A DNA stretch of 64,000 nt from Proteromonas lacertae (taxonomy: Eukaryota), in assembly GCA_002245135.1 (NCBI GenBank), contig NGBS01000616.1, positions 1 through 64,000 of the forward strand, written 5' to 3'. The first letter of the stretch is position 1. Each line of letters starts with the position of its first letter. Shown here piece after piece: positions 36,504 through 49,428 of this stretch. The notes below the pieces were generated by a model. That model ran no database searches, was not told the DNA's origin, and was given only the letters and a program-made list of their open reading frames with translations. A program made the translations under genes and the position numbers.

Positions 36504-39163
36504 ATGATATTTTTAAAATACATAATTGCAGTTGTAGTGTTGAGTTTGACTTATACAATTTTTAAATTATATAAGTTTAAACCTGGAGATATTGTTGCAC
36601 CTAGGGAATTCAATTATCAACTGAATGAAGTACATTTTTGTTTAATCTATGTTATACATAGGCAGAAACCTTTAGTAGGCTTAGCAACTTTTGTGGTACA
36701 TCAACTAATTGCATTAAAAGTGTAAGGTATAACATTTACGTTATATTCTATTAGGCGAGAGCTTGGATTACCACCATCCAAATTTTTAGTTGGAGTAGAG
36801 CCACATCCCACAATTCTATCATTTCTTCCGTCTTTGTTAAGAGGAAATGAAGTAAATATAGTGTTAACTAATGATCTTCCAACAAACTATAATTTAAATA
36901 AAGTCCTTCAAATGGGCGGAATAGATTTTTCTCGTGTCATTCAAGTAAACCCCAATTTTACTATATCTCAAATATATCCAACATTAGATTTTGTTCTTTC
37001 AAACAGTTTTTCATTTTCACCTTTATGGAATGGCGTTCCAGTATTAACATTATCAGAGTTACCATATTCTCCAATACCAGGAGTAATAAATTGTGTTACA
37101 ATAAAAGAATGTCAAAACATATTTCGAAGAATAATAGAATATAAAGATCCTGTTATAAAAATGTGGAAATACAGATTAAATAAAGAGATTTTAGATATAA
37201 ATGAAATAAATCCAAGAAGAGTAATAGCAATAAAGTATTTAGCAAAGACAATACAAAATGAAATAAAAGTGTTGAGAGAAAATAATTTAACATCACTCTA
37301 TTCAAAAAATAATGATTTTGTGGTTGATATAAACTCATCATCACATTTTATAAAACAGCAATTGATATTATATTCAAATGAAACCTTTGAAAGAATAAAA
37401 AAAGAATATATTCCTAATAAAGACTATAGAATAACTCAGAATATAATAGTGAGGATTATTATATTATAATAAAGAGTGTAGATTATGTTTAGCTGAGTAT
37501 TATGACATTGTTAAATCAGTTGATTCGTTAAAATCACAATTATATGTTTTGTTATATGATTATACACTGAATAAACAGATTTCTAAATACTATCAATTAG
37601 AAATTATTAATGTATTAGAAAAATTGATAAGTGAGTCTTATTTTATAAAATACATCATCGATACTGTATCTATTATTATTATTATTATATATATAGTTGG
37701 AAGCAGGATATAAATTAAAAGATGTAGAATTAGGAGCTTATATTAATGAAAAATTCTTATTATATATTTATCCAGATAAAAGTAAAGAATATTCAAAACT
37801 ATTAACACTCAGTTGCGTATATGATTTTGATGTTTCCTCAAGAATTGAAAAGATTAAAAAATCAATTGAAATTTACCCAGCAAAAGAGAATATAGGAACA
37901 TTACAGAATATATATTCACAAACAAAAACATTAAGTACAAATGAAATAATGTTATTTTCAAGAGAACAATACAGAAGAATGCAAATATATGATTATAAAA
38001 GAATTGGTAAAAAAGTGAAAATGATTAAACCACCAAAAGGACATAAAGTGATTATATTATATTGTGAAGATTATGGAGGTAGTTGGTTTGATAAAACTGG
38101 TCCATCTGATTTAGGCGGATTCTTAGGAGGTTCTGAAGAAGCAGTTATTAAATTCTGTCAAGAGTTAGCTGATAGAGGTTATTGGATTGAAGTATACAGT
38201 CAAGTTAAATTATCTGATCAAGCCAAGCCCTATTTATATGAATCAGGAGGTGGATATGTTTGGTATCCTTTAGAAGCACTTCCATTTCCTTTAACAAAAC
38301 ATCATCACTTTGATTTGATTATATCCTATAGAAATAAACATTCGTTGTTTTATGTGGATGAAAATAGAAAGTATAAAAGTGCAACTTGGCTACAAGATTG
38401 TCCTGATGATTTTAATGAATACAGTAACATTGATTGGTTTGTTAACACAGTAGATTATGTAACTGTATTGAGTAGCTTTCATCTATCACTATTAGCTCCT
38501 CAATATAAACCAAAAGCGGTGATTACTGCAAATGCAATTCTGGATGATATTGTATGTGATGGTATAAATCATAAACATCGATTTATCTATGCTAGTCAAC
38601 CAAGTAGAGGATTATCTAATATATTTAATATATGGGACACTATTAGAAGTATTATACCTGATGCTGAGTTACATGTATATTATGGAATTCATCAAGGATG
38701 GGTGAATTATGCTGATTCTAATGGAGTTACTCAAGAACAATTTATTAATTTTCTAAATAATATTTATAATAAACCTGGTGTAATCTATCATGGTCCTTCT
38801 AATCAGACGGAATTATGTAAAGGATTTGCTGATTCTGGATTTTTCTTATATCCAACAACTTATCCTGAAGCTGGATGTATTTCATGTATGAAAGCTATGG
38901 CAAATGGAGCAATTCCTATCACAACTATTCATAAGAACTCTACTTTAGATGAATTAACAAGACCATGGGATTTAGGACTGGAAGATGATATGGAAAAGTA
39001 TAATTATGATGATAGATTGTATTATACTTCATTTACAAAACGGTTAGTAGAAGTGGTTGATAAAGACTGGACAGAACATAGAAATAAGATGAAAGTTTGG
39101 GCTAGAGAGAGATTACGATGGAAATATAGTATGGATGCTTGGGAAAAGATAATTAACAGTTAA
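36504..39163 (+). CDS. Signal/TM-anchored multidomain glycosyltransferase with C-terminal GT-B (GT4-like) domain
   Basis: Hydrophobic N-terminus. ORF 37697-39163 has GGSEEAVI...ELADRGY, FIYASQPSRGL, ELHVYYG and FLYPTTYPEAGCISCMKAMANGAIPIT. Joining the upstream exons into one gene is inferred from short GT-AG gaps. Confidence 0.75.
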
Positions 39164-39256
39164 ATAATAATCTCTAAATGTAACATAACAAAATAATTAA
39201 ATATAAAAATATGTATTAACAAAATATTGTGTATTTACTAAAAATAAAACAACTAA

Positions 39257-39316
39257 CTAAACGACATGGGATTTTATAACATACGGTCTTAGATTAACTG
39301 ATTTTGTCTCAATTGG

Positions 39317-39361
<45 letters not shown>

Positions 39362-40108
39362 GCAATATATACCAGCTACAGGAATAACAGTATTATGAAA
39401 TAACAAATGACTTAGTGATTTAACTCTAGATCTTCTCTGAGGAGGTGATTGCAATGGAGAATCATCAGGAATGGGTGAATACAGCATTGGTCTCCAGAAT
39501 TCATCACTTAAATAGGATCTGAAGTAAGTTTGAATATCAAAGGCATTTGTTAAAACACGAGGATTCATTCGATGGAATAGTGATACTTGTGAAGATATCA
39601 TTGCAGGTGGTGATGTGAAATCATTGTTATTCGTTTTTAATCTTGCTGAATCATCTGATCTGCTTGTTCCATCTGTTACACTGTTCTTTTTCTCTTTAAA
39701 AGTAGTATTACATTGTGTTATTACGTATGATACTAATAATACAATATTATATTATATTTATACATAACTGTAGTTGTTTGCTTGACTTACATCCATAATC
39801 AAATATAATCAGGCAAAATGTGTTAAAATTTATATAATTTGTTGAGTCATAATCTATTTAAATCGAATAACGATAAAAGTAATACCATAATATTTACAAA
39901 GCTTAATAGAATAGTCATCTACTTTCAATCCACAATTCTTTATAAAATCGTTATACGACACTTCTCCATTTATGGTTGGATTAATTTTGCTTTTATACTT
40001 CTTATAAAGAGATTCTATGTCAGATTGTTTAGCTAAAACGATAAATTTGCTTATAATACCTCTGCATAGTTGTGCCGTAATTAATACAGGACCTCTGAGG
40101 TCTGACAT
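39257..40108 (-). CDS. Uncharacterised multi-exon protein
   Basis: Likely start MSDLRGPVL at 40108. ORFs 39854-40171 and 39257-39601 are separated by AT-rich GT-AG-like gaps. No domain recognised. Confidence 0.5.
39320..39358. repeat. (TA)n microsatellite inside a short intron
   Basis: About 19 TA units flanked on the minus strand by GTATATTGC...TAG. Confidence 0.9.
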
Positions 40109-40674
40109 TTCACATTTAACGAAAAGATAAATAAAACTGATAGAAAACTTGAGAAAGGTTTGATAAATCAAATTGAAGAATTGAATGTTTCAGAGGATTA
40201 TTCAGAGGTGTTGTTCATTTAGACCATTGGTTCCAAATGTAGTCAATAATATCAGTATTAATATGGTGATTTAGATTTTTATTAGATAAATTTCAGCCAT
40301 TATTAAGACCATTTTCATCACTGATTGATAATAAACCATCTATCAATTTAGTTTCATCCTATATATCAAATCCATGGTGTATGTTAACAAGAACATATTC
40401 GTTATTCACAAAACCAATATCTAATAACTCTTCACCGCTTTTGACAATGCCATCCAGAGAATTTTCCAATTTAATGAAGAAAAGAAGAATGAAAATGAAC
40501 AAACATAAAGTATTTATACATTTTTTGTTTTATCTGTCTATATAGTATAAAAAACTACAAAAGAAATTAGGTCGTAAGAAGAAGTAATTAGTTTTTTGTT
40601 GGAATTTTAATTATTTTCCTATGTTTGTATATATTTGTGAAAAATCAACAATTACAAATAAAATTAAAAATAAA

Positions 40675-43600
40675 TTAAAACATAACATCATCTTCAATTT
40701 CAGTAGTTTCTTTTCTCGATTCTACCCACTTTGTTTTCTCAAGATACATTACCATCACTGGAACTTTATGTTGTACTTTCAATCCAACATTCGTTAATAA
40801 AAACCTAACCAGCATAACATCTCTTAAGAATGAAGCTGAGAAATATGTTAGTATATACTTGTATCCTAATATATTCACAATAAATAAAAACACAAAAACA
40901 CAAATGATTAACACCAAACTTGTCACAAATGAATTGTTTCTTAAATCTTCAAAATAGTCAATTGCTCTTTCAAATTTTTCACTCATTAATCTATTGCTGA
41001 ATATTTGACGCATTATTTGATATTGAACATTATCTACAGTCAATTTATCTTTAGATTCAGCTACAAAAAGACTTGCTGATCTTTCAAATTTCATAATTGC
41101 TGAATCATATGTATTTTGATTATCATCATATTCATAAAAAAATAAATTCAATATATCATCATTCAACTGACTTATTCCTTCTGTTGCAATATTATCACAG
41201 CCATAAATTAAACAATCATAATTCCTAATCATATCACTTATTCCTTGTTTCATTTCACTCCTTATTCTATTATACATTGTTGAATCATATTTATAGATAA
41301 TTAAATCTCCAGCTTTGTAATATACATTTCCCATATCATGAATAGTTTTTGACAGAATTTCTAATTCATTAACTCTTCCTTTAAATGATATAATTGAGAG
41401 TAATAACATCGCCAATGCAACTGTAACAGTTACAAATTCCAAAAAGAAATACAACAATGCTAAATAAGTATATTTCTTTCTTGTATAACAATTATAAGAT
41501 TTCTTTTCCATTTCTTTGAATTGTTTTTGGACATTAACATCACTCATCACTTTCAATGGAGAAATACGATTATTCTCATCACTTTTATTCTCTTCTTCAA
41601 AATTATCATTATCATCATCTAAATCCATGTTTCGAAATATTTCAAAAACTCTTTTGCCATTATCTTCATCATTCACATTCACATTGAAATTACCTATATA
41701 AACCAATAAATTTCTCAGTAATTCTAGAACATTCTTCAATTGGGATTAATTTTAATGTATCTAATCCCAAATGTTGTTCTTTATGAGCTAAACCAATGTT
41801 TCTTCTTAGAAAATAAGCAAAAATAACTAATATAACGATATTTATAAAAATAAACACTAATATAATAATAGTGAATATTTGTGTGTTATCTTCTAAAGAT
41901 CTTGAATATGATTGTATAGGTTTGATTAAATCAGGTAAAACAGTATATGAATTACTCGTAATAAAGTGATAATCCAAATCACTATATGGAGTATTATAAG
42001 AATCCTTGATCTTCACTAATATTGTTTCAAATGAATAGATATATTCATTACATCCTTGAATGACAGGGATTTGGCTTGAATAATTCTGTGAATTATCTAT
42101 ATACATAATATGAGTAGTTTTTAAGTCAATAAATGATGGTAACTGTGAACAACTGTATTGGCTAAATGCTGATTTTGAACTGCATGACATTATTAATTCT
42201 TGATATTTCTTACACATTTCTATATCATCTCTTAATGCATTCAGTGTGTATGTACTGACTGAATTTGAATTTAACATTACATCTCTACTTTCAACCGAAG
42301 AAATCCACATATGATACAAATGCTTGGCTTGAATATTCAATAAAGTCTGACCAGCGTTTGTAACACATAACAACAATATAATAATCAAACCAGGAACGAG
42401 AATACCCATTATTCCAACAAATATAACGAAAAATAGTGAAAATTTCTCCAATGCGACTATTCCTAAACCATTATCACTTTCATCCTCATCATTATTCTTA
42501 CCTGTTCCTTTATTATAGGCATTTATTTCCTCATATACATCAGATGGCTTTCTTTTACGACCTGTCATATTACCTCTTCTACTAGTTCTCATCATTGATC
42601 TTCCACTAGCTTTTGACCTTTTTGATTCTCTAAGATTGATTTTGTTTGGATTATGTTTATTGAAACTATTTTGAAGTGGATCAGCTTTTGATACATCACT
42701 TCTTCTCGCTGTGTCTTCTTCATCGATATTTTCTAATTTGATTGCGAATTTTGATTTAACAACCACTTGTTCATTCCTTACATCATCAGCACTGCTTACA
42801 ATCATAGTAACTGGATTTAAATCAATGGCAAACTTTGGTTTGAGATGAACAGATTGATCTTTTACTATTTTTGTATCATTTGGAAATGTAAAAACATTAT
42901 TACCATTAGTAATATTAGTAATAGAAGGTGAGTCAGTATATTCAATAGTATTTGGAGACATATTATTGAATTTCAATGGTGGAACAGCAACAGTAGAATC
43001 TTGACTTGAATCACTCTTTTTATCAGATTTATTTTCTTCATTTGATGATTTATTAACATTTATAGTCTCATCACTATTGGATGATTTGATTTGTGATTCT
43101 GTTGTTTTAACTGCTATTCCATTTATTGGAATTAGAATTACTTTTTTGCTATCAACTTTGCCTTTCTTTTCTTCTTTATTATCTTTACTGTCTTCTTCTT
43201 TTGTTTCATCAAATTTAAAAATTTTATCAATATCATCATCATCCTTATTATTATCTTCTTTTTTCATTTCTTCTTTCTTTTGTCCTTCTCCTCCTCCCAC
43301 AGCTTCTTCATCATCTCCAATATCACCTAATTGAATTTTATATTTATCCTGTTTTGCTTCACTCTCTTTCTTTTCTTCACCTCCTAATTGTATTGCAAAT
43401 TTATTTGGTTTTACTTCTTTCTTTTCTTGTGCTTCTGTTACTGCTTCTTCTACTACTGCTTCATTTGCTACTGCTTGCTCTAATTGAATTTGCCATTTAA
43501 CTTGTTCAGTACCTGGATTTGGTGTTGGAGTAGTAGAAGAAGCATTATACTGGTAACCATAATCACCTTCATCAATATCGCAATCACCAAAATTAGCATC

Positions 43601-45802
43601 ATTATTCTCAATATCATCATCCAAACCACAATCATCTGATTTCTCTTTCTTTAATACACCTGTATTCTTAAATTTTGATTCCATTTGACTTTCACCAGCT
43701 GTACCTAATTGTATTCTAAACACACGTTTAGGTTGAATATCATTAAGACTATTTCTTCCATCAGGTTCATCATTCTTCTCCTCATCATTTTCATTTTCTT
43801 CACATTTTTTAGTTACCTCAATATCATCTGCCCAGCTAAAGAATTCTTCACAATGAAAATAATCACCTCTTATATGAGATAAATATAAACCATAAAACCT
43901 CAATAACATTGTGTTATGTGAATATGTTTTCATCAATTTTGAATAAGTTTTAAACGCTTTTTTATCAGCTTCAGATATTTTTGCAAATAAATTATGAGTT
44001 CTTTTTAATAAAACATTATTTGGTAATTCTCGAGCTAAACTCAAACCTTCCCAAAATGCTTTTTCTAAATTGATTGCTTCTTTATGCCATTTTAATGCAT
44101 ATTTCATTGATTTAGAGAAATTTAAATAATTTGTTCCTTTCTTAGCACCTGATGTTTGTTCTTGAACTACATATCTATAAATTAAGAATCTAATATCAAA
44201 TGTGGTAATTGAATCATTTTTAGTTGAAAATATCCTTTTTGTATCTAATTTTGTGGATAAAGATAAATTCAAATAACATGACCAAAATAAATCAGATTCT
44301 ATAAATTCTTTTTCATATTTTTTAATCAATTTAATACCAAATTTGTTCATCAATACTCTAAACGATTTATTATTAACTCCTGGAGTTGTATCAGCCATTT
44401 CAAAGAATATTGCTGAAGCAATGGCAATATCTACTGAGTATTTAATATTTCTCAAACAATCAGTTACTCTTCTATAAAATTCAGTCGTTTTTCTTTCTTT
44501 TTCATTATTAATTATAAATTTTTAATATCTATATCAAGATATAACTTCGTTCTCCAAGATTTTGGTTTTTCAGACACTGCTGATGTTGGACTTATCATTG
44601 ACATTGATCTACTACTCATTTCATTAGTTGAAGATCTATTAGAATCATTAGCTGATAAAGGTGTAACACTGTTCTTTTTAGTCATTAATTTAAAGTAATT
44701 AAAAACCCACAATCTTCTTAATAATGGTAAATACATACCAAACAGTATGAATATTATAGATAATGAAAAGAAGAGAATAGTTCCTAATTCACTATCTTTA
44801 TAGTATGATATAATATGTGTATTAACTGACCAAAAATATACACAATAAGTTACGCATTTCTATTTATATATAATTAAATAAAAACAGAAAATAAATAAAA
44901 TAAAATAAATAAATAATAATAATAATATATATATATACTAATTGGTTAGTAAACAATCTAACAAACGGTAAATACCATAAGAATGCACAAATCAATATAA
45001 CACTAGCAACATAATAAATAATAAACACAATAGTCATATCAATTATAGGTGATAATTGATATATTATTATTAATAATAACTTCATTATTTCAGCAATTAT
45101 ATCAAATTTACCATATAATTTAGAGAGTAAACATCCATTATCATTATTTAACCACAATAAACTCGTTAATAATGTAAATAACACTAAAAATACACCACAA
45201 ACTATGGCTATAAAGAAATATAATATTCCAACTCCATGAAATGTTCTAAGATCAGATAATACCAGTGAATAATATGTATCATTTACATTGTGACATGTAA
45301 TAAACTGAATAAATGAATAAGTAAGAGGAATATTTAACAGTTTCATAATTATAATGTACAAAATATCAAATACCTTAATACTCCAACCTGGGGGCGCTCC
45401 ATTTATCATCATCGTCACAAATATATAAACACATAATAATACCAAAACTAATATTATAGCAGCACTAATCCAAAAATCTGCATAATAGTTCTTAGTAATT
45501 ATATAAAATGGCTGTCTAAAAAACTGAAGAAACGCTAGAAATCCTTTTGATAAAGAATCTGTATGTACATCGCTGCTAAAAGATAAACTTATAAACTGCA
45601 AAAATTCAACCAATAGAAACAAATAACTTCCTTTAGATTTTAATGACACATGCATAACAGAGTATACAAACGAGAAAAATGCTCTTTCATATTTATTTCC
45701 TAGATACTCTCTCTTTAGCCTTCCACTCATAGAGCTGGATGACGATACGGAAGATCTATATATTATAATGAGCATCACATACTTATCGTCAAAGGAATTC
45801 AT
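40675..45802 (-). CDS. TmcB/TmcC-like (Dictyostelium tiny-macrocyst family) large multipass membrane protein
   Basis: N-terminal multi-TM block (LLVEFLQFISLSF...LNIPLTYSFIQFITC); helical motif AFWEGL...YSKLMKTYSHNTMLLRFYGLYLSHIRGD; C-terminal TM-flanked extracellular domains. ORFs 44864-45802, 44512-44736, 41690-44455 and 40675-41739 are linked by short introns or frameshifts. Confidence 0.65.
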
Positions 45803-45867
45803 GGTTTAAATTTAAAAAAACGAATATTATTTTAGTTTGATTATTGTTTGATCAAAATAGATTATAA

Positions 45868-47612
45868 ATGTCATCAATTAAAACATCAAATTACTCTTTA
45901 TATGTTGGAGATTTATCTCCTTTAACAAATGAAGTATATTCTCAGTGTTATAAATCGTATGTAGGCCGAATTATTTAGCTTTTTCAGTCAAATCGGAACA
46001 GTTGTGACTGTTCGTGTTTGCAAAAATCCAGTATTATAACAAATAATTATATAAAATATAGGTAAATGGTAAACCTCTTGGTTATGGTTATGTAAACTAC
46101 GCTAAATCAGAAGATGGTATAGTTGTTCTTATTTAATTGTATTAGCATCTAAGGCAATAAACACCTTGAACTATGAGAAGATTCATGATAAGCCTTGTCG
46201 TATTATGTGGGCTGAAAAAGATAAGAAGTTCTTACAAAACCCTCAAGCTAATGTTTTTGTCAATAACATTGACAAGGAGATAGATACAAAAATTTTGTAT
46301 GATACATGCACTATTGTAGGAAATGTTGTATCTTGTAAGATATCACAAGATGATGATGGAAACTCTCTAGGATATGGTTATGTACAATTTGAAAACGAAA
46401 AAGAAGCAAAACAAGCAGTAGAAAAGCTAAATGGTTTGGAATTAGGTAAAAAACCATTATACGCTTGTATAATGGGTCAAACTGCTGATCCATCTAATTG
46501 GACAAATTGTTTCTTCCAAAATATACCAAACACTTGGACAGAAGTAGAATTAGCTGAATTTCTAAAAGAGGTTGCAGAACCATCAGGAATTAGATTATTG
46601 AGGAATAAAGATGGTACAAATGTAGGCAATGGATGTGTTAATTTCTCAACTCATGATGAAGCTGTGAAAGCAGTAGAAATCTTAAACAATAAAGAGATTA
46701 AAGGATTAAAAGAAAAATTCGTTATTACAAGATATGTAAGTAAAGAAGAAAGAAGAAATATATCTAAAGATTGTGATTTATATGTGAAGAATATACCATT
46801 AACAATGAGTGATGAAGAATTCAAATCGTTATTCGAGCCATTTGGTGAAATAACATCCATTAAAATAGAAAGAGATTCAAGTAATGCTAGTATAAATAAA
46901 GGATTTGGATATGTATGTTATAAACACAAAGAAGATGCAGCTAAAGCAATCAAAGAGAAAAATGATACAATTATTAACGGTAAGAAATTATATGTCGCAG
47001 TGAAACAAACTCAAAATGAAAGAAGATTGAATAGAAGTCAAAACAATAATAGATTCAATAATAATAATAATAATAATAATCCTACAATATATCCTGGTTA
47101 TTACACTGGTGGTGGTGCTAGTCGTATAATGATGATGAATCCATTAGCTTCACGTTATCCATATATGAGTGGTGGTAGTGGTGTAACTGCTGGTGCTACA
47201 GCTGGTGCTACAAGACCAATATATCCACAAATGATGATGTATCCAATGATGAGATCTATCTATCCAATGGCAATACCTCCAGCACCAGGTACAGTAGCTA
47301 AACCAGCTACTACTACTACTACTACAACTGCTGCTGCTACAGCTAGTAACAATACACAATCTACTAATTTACCATTACCAGTTGATCAATCAGGCCAATC
47401 TGATGCTGCCAAGAAAGATGCATATTTGACTCATATTTATAATACTGTTTCTAAAAATCATCCTAGTTTAGCACAAAGAATTACTGGAATGTTTCACTGA
47501 TATGAGTGCTAGTGATTTATCATTGATTATTAATACTCCAGGTGCATTAGATAGCAAGATTACTGAAGCGTTGAATATTCTTAATAATATTAAGTTCATA
47601 GATTCTAAATAA
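45868..47612 (+). CDS. PABPC: Cytoplasmic polyadenylate-binding protein (4 RRM plus MLLE/PABC-like tail)
   Basis: SLYVGDL...LGYGYVNY...LNYEKIHDKPCRIMW, NVFVNNIDKEIDTKILYDT, and RRM4 LYVKNI...KGFGYVCY. C-terminal LAQRITGM, then after a 1-nt shift at ~47495, ...LDSKITEALNIL. Confidence 0.93.
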
Positions 47613-47668
47613 TTTGTTTTTGAAGTGTAATTCCAAAACATAAACGATTTAAAAATATAATCATAAAT

Positions 47669-48194
47669 TTACATATATATAAATATCATTAGTATTAGTA
47701 ATACTAATGACGGTAAAGCCAAACATCCAGCACATCTTACATTCCACATCAGCTCTGATTCTGGTTGATTTAGTAACCATTGTAATCTCCATATTCCGTC
47801 TTTCTTTACATAAATCAAAGTCTCTAAAAATATAAACACTGATAAAATACTCACAAGTACAATTACTTGAAGAGAATGACAAATTCAAAGTCTGTTCATA
47901 CGCACCACATGCCTATTACAATTAATATATGTAAAATACAATGCACATAGTTTCATACATTTCATCGTCAGTAGGAGGACCAAATCGTTGTAATCTTCTT
48001 TTCTCAAAAGAATTTACACAAGTTATATTATCTTTAATCTGTTGCTCTGAAGTTTCATTAAAAATTAGGTAAAATTGAGTTACATTACACTAAACAAAAT
48101 AGCGTCTTTATATACTTTTGGATTTGTGTATATTTTCATATGATAAACCTACAAAACAGTCTAATACTAACAGCAAAAGAAGATATTTAAACAT
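47669..48194 (-). CDS. Small secreted Cys-containing protein, possibly GPI-anchored
   Basis: Signal-peptide-like MFKYLLLLLVLDCFVGLS at 48194; short introns; CGA...CTC...LC cysteines; hydrophobic C-terminus CAGCLALPSLVLLILMIFIYM*. Requires one frameshift. Confidence 0.45.
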
Positions 48195-48589
48195 TTTTAA
48201 AAAACTATTAAAATCGGTTATCAAAAAGATTTTCATTTCCCAATATTTATTTTTTCATTTTTTAGAGGAATGAGAAGTTGTTATTCAAATAAAATCATTG
48301 TAGTCTATATATAATCGTAAAATATAACTAACACACTCTATATAAAGTCAAAGAAACTCAAAGTTATGGAGTGTAATTTTTATTAATTATTGTATTTGAT
48401 GTATGTTTTTATATCATCTACTAACTTAAATGGATATCACACATAAATCCATTTAATACTCAAAATCTTAAGAACATTCAAATAATAGAATGATAAAAAT
48501 TTATTGGCTAAAATAAGTAATAAATTCATATTATTTACCGCCTTTTTATCTAAAGCTGTAAATAGAGTATAATTATAAAAACAAAAGGA

Positions 48590-49271
48590 ATGAAACGCAA
48601 AGCAAGTAAAGATGATTCCAATGAAAAATCAAAGAGAAAGAAAGTGACTAGTAAGAACAAATCTACTCCTGGAAGTAGTATTGTGAGTATGAATGATTTA
48701 AGCAGGATGTCTTCATTTAACAATACGAATTACCCCCATTCAAGAATACCTGAGCCTAATCAATACATTCCAATTATACCTCTTCCTCCTCCAGTTCAAT
48801 ATTATCAACCTCAATATATCCTACCAGTACCAGTGTGTGCATATGCATACACTGTTTACCCTCCATATACTTGTCAGCCTATTAAATATCTTCCTGTTAC
48901 TGACAGAATTCCTACACCAGTAGTTCCAAAGAATGATTCAGAAAGTCCTAAAACAAAGCATATCAGAATTGCTCCATTAACAGCATAGAAATGGTTTGGA
49001 TGTTTTATGTGATGTAATTACAAATGAAAGAAGCGGAGCTGATTTTGGAATAGATAGAAGAGTTCTGCATATAATCTGTGCTACATGTGGTAAACTCAAG
49101 CCAATTTCTCAAATAACTAAGAGACAAAATGGAACATATACAAAGACTTGTTTAACCTGTAGTGAAAGGAAAAGAAAATATTATAAAAGACTAACAACAC
49201 TAAGAAAACTGGAGGAAAGAAGATTAGAAGAAGAAAAATTTGATAATATTACTTCTGATATATTTAGTTAG
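48590..49271 (+). CDS. Putative nuclear protein: basic NLS, P/Y-rich region, C-terminal CxxC...CxxC zinc finger
   Basis: KRKASK...KRKK. ORF 48996-49271 carries CATCGKLKPISQITKRQNGTYTKTCLTCSERKRKYYKR. The two ORFs are joined by a frameshift at ~48986. Confidence 0.6.
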
Positions 49272-49375
49272 TTAGAGAATAGTTAAGATGAAATATCCTC
49301 TTTTGTGTTAATTAATTATCGTCCCATACAATTGAATAGCAATTTATTTATACAATTTATTTATACAATTAATAA

Positions 49376-49395
49376 TTACTTATACATTTTTTGTG

Positions 49396-49428
<33 letters not shown>

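Noticed and set aside
40200..40520. Coding-like stretch on the minus strand between two genes (LENSLDGIVKSGEELLDIGFVNNEY...)
   Set aside because: It has in-frame stops, no clear start and no recognisable domain. It could be a remnant but cannot be supported as a feature.
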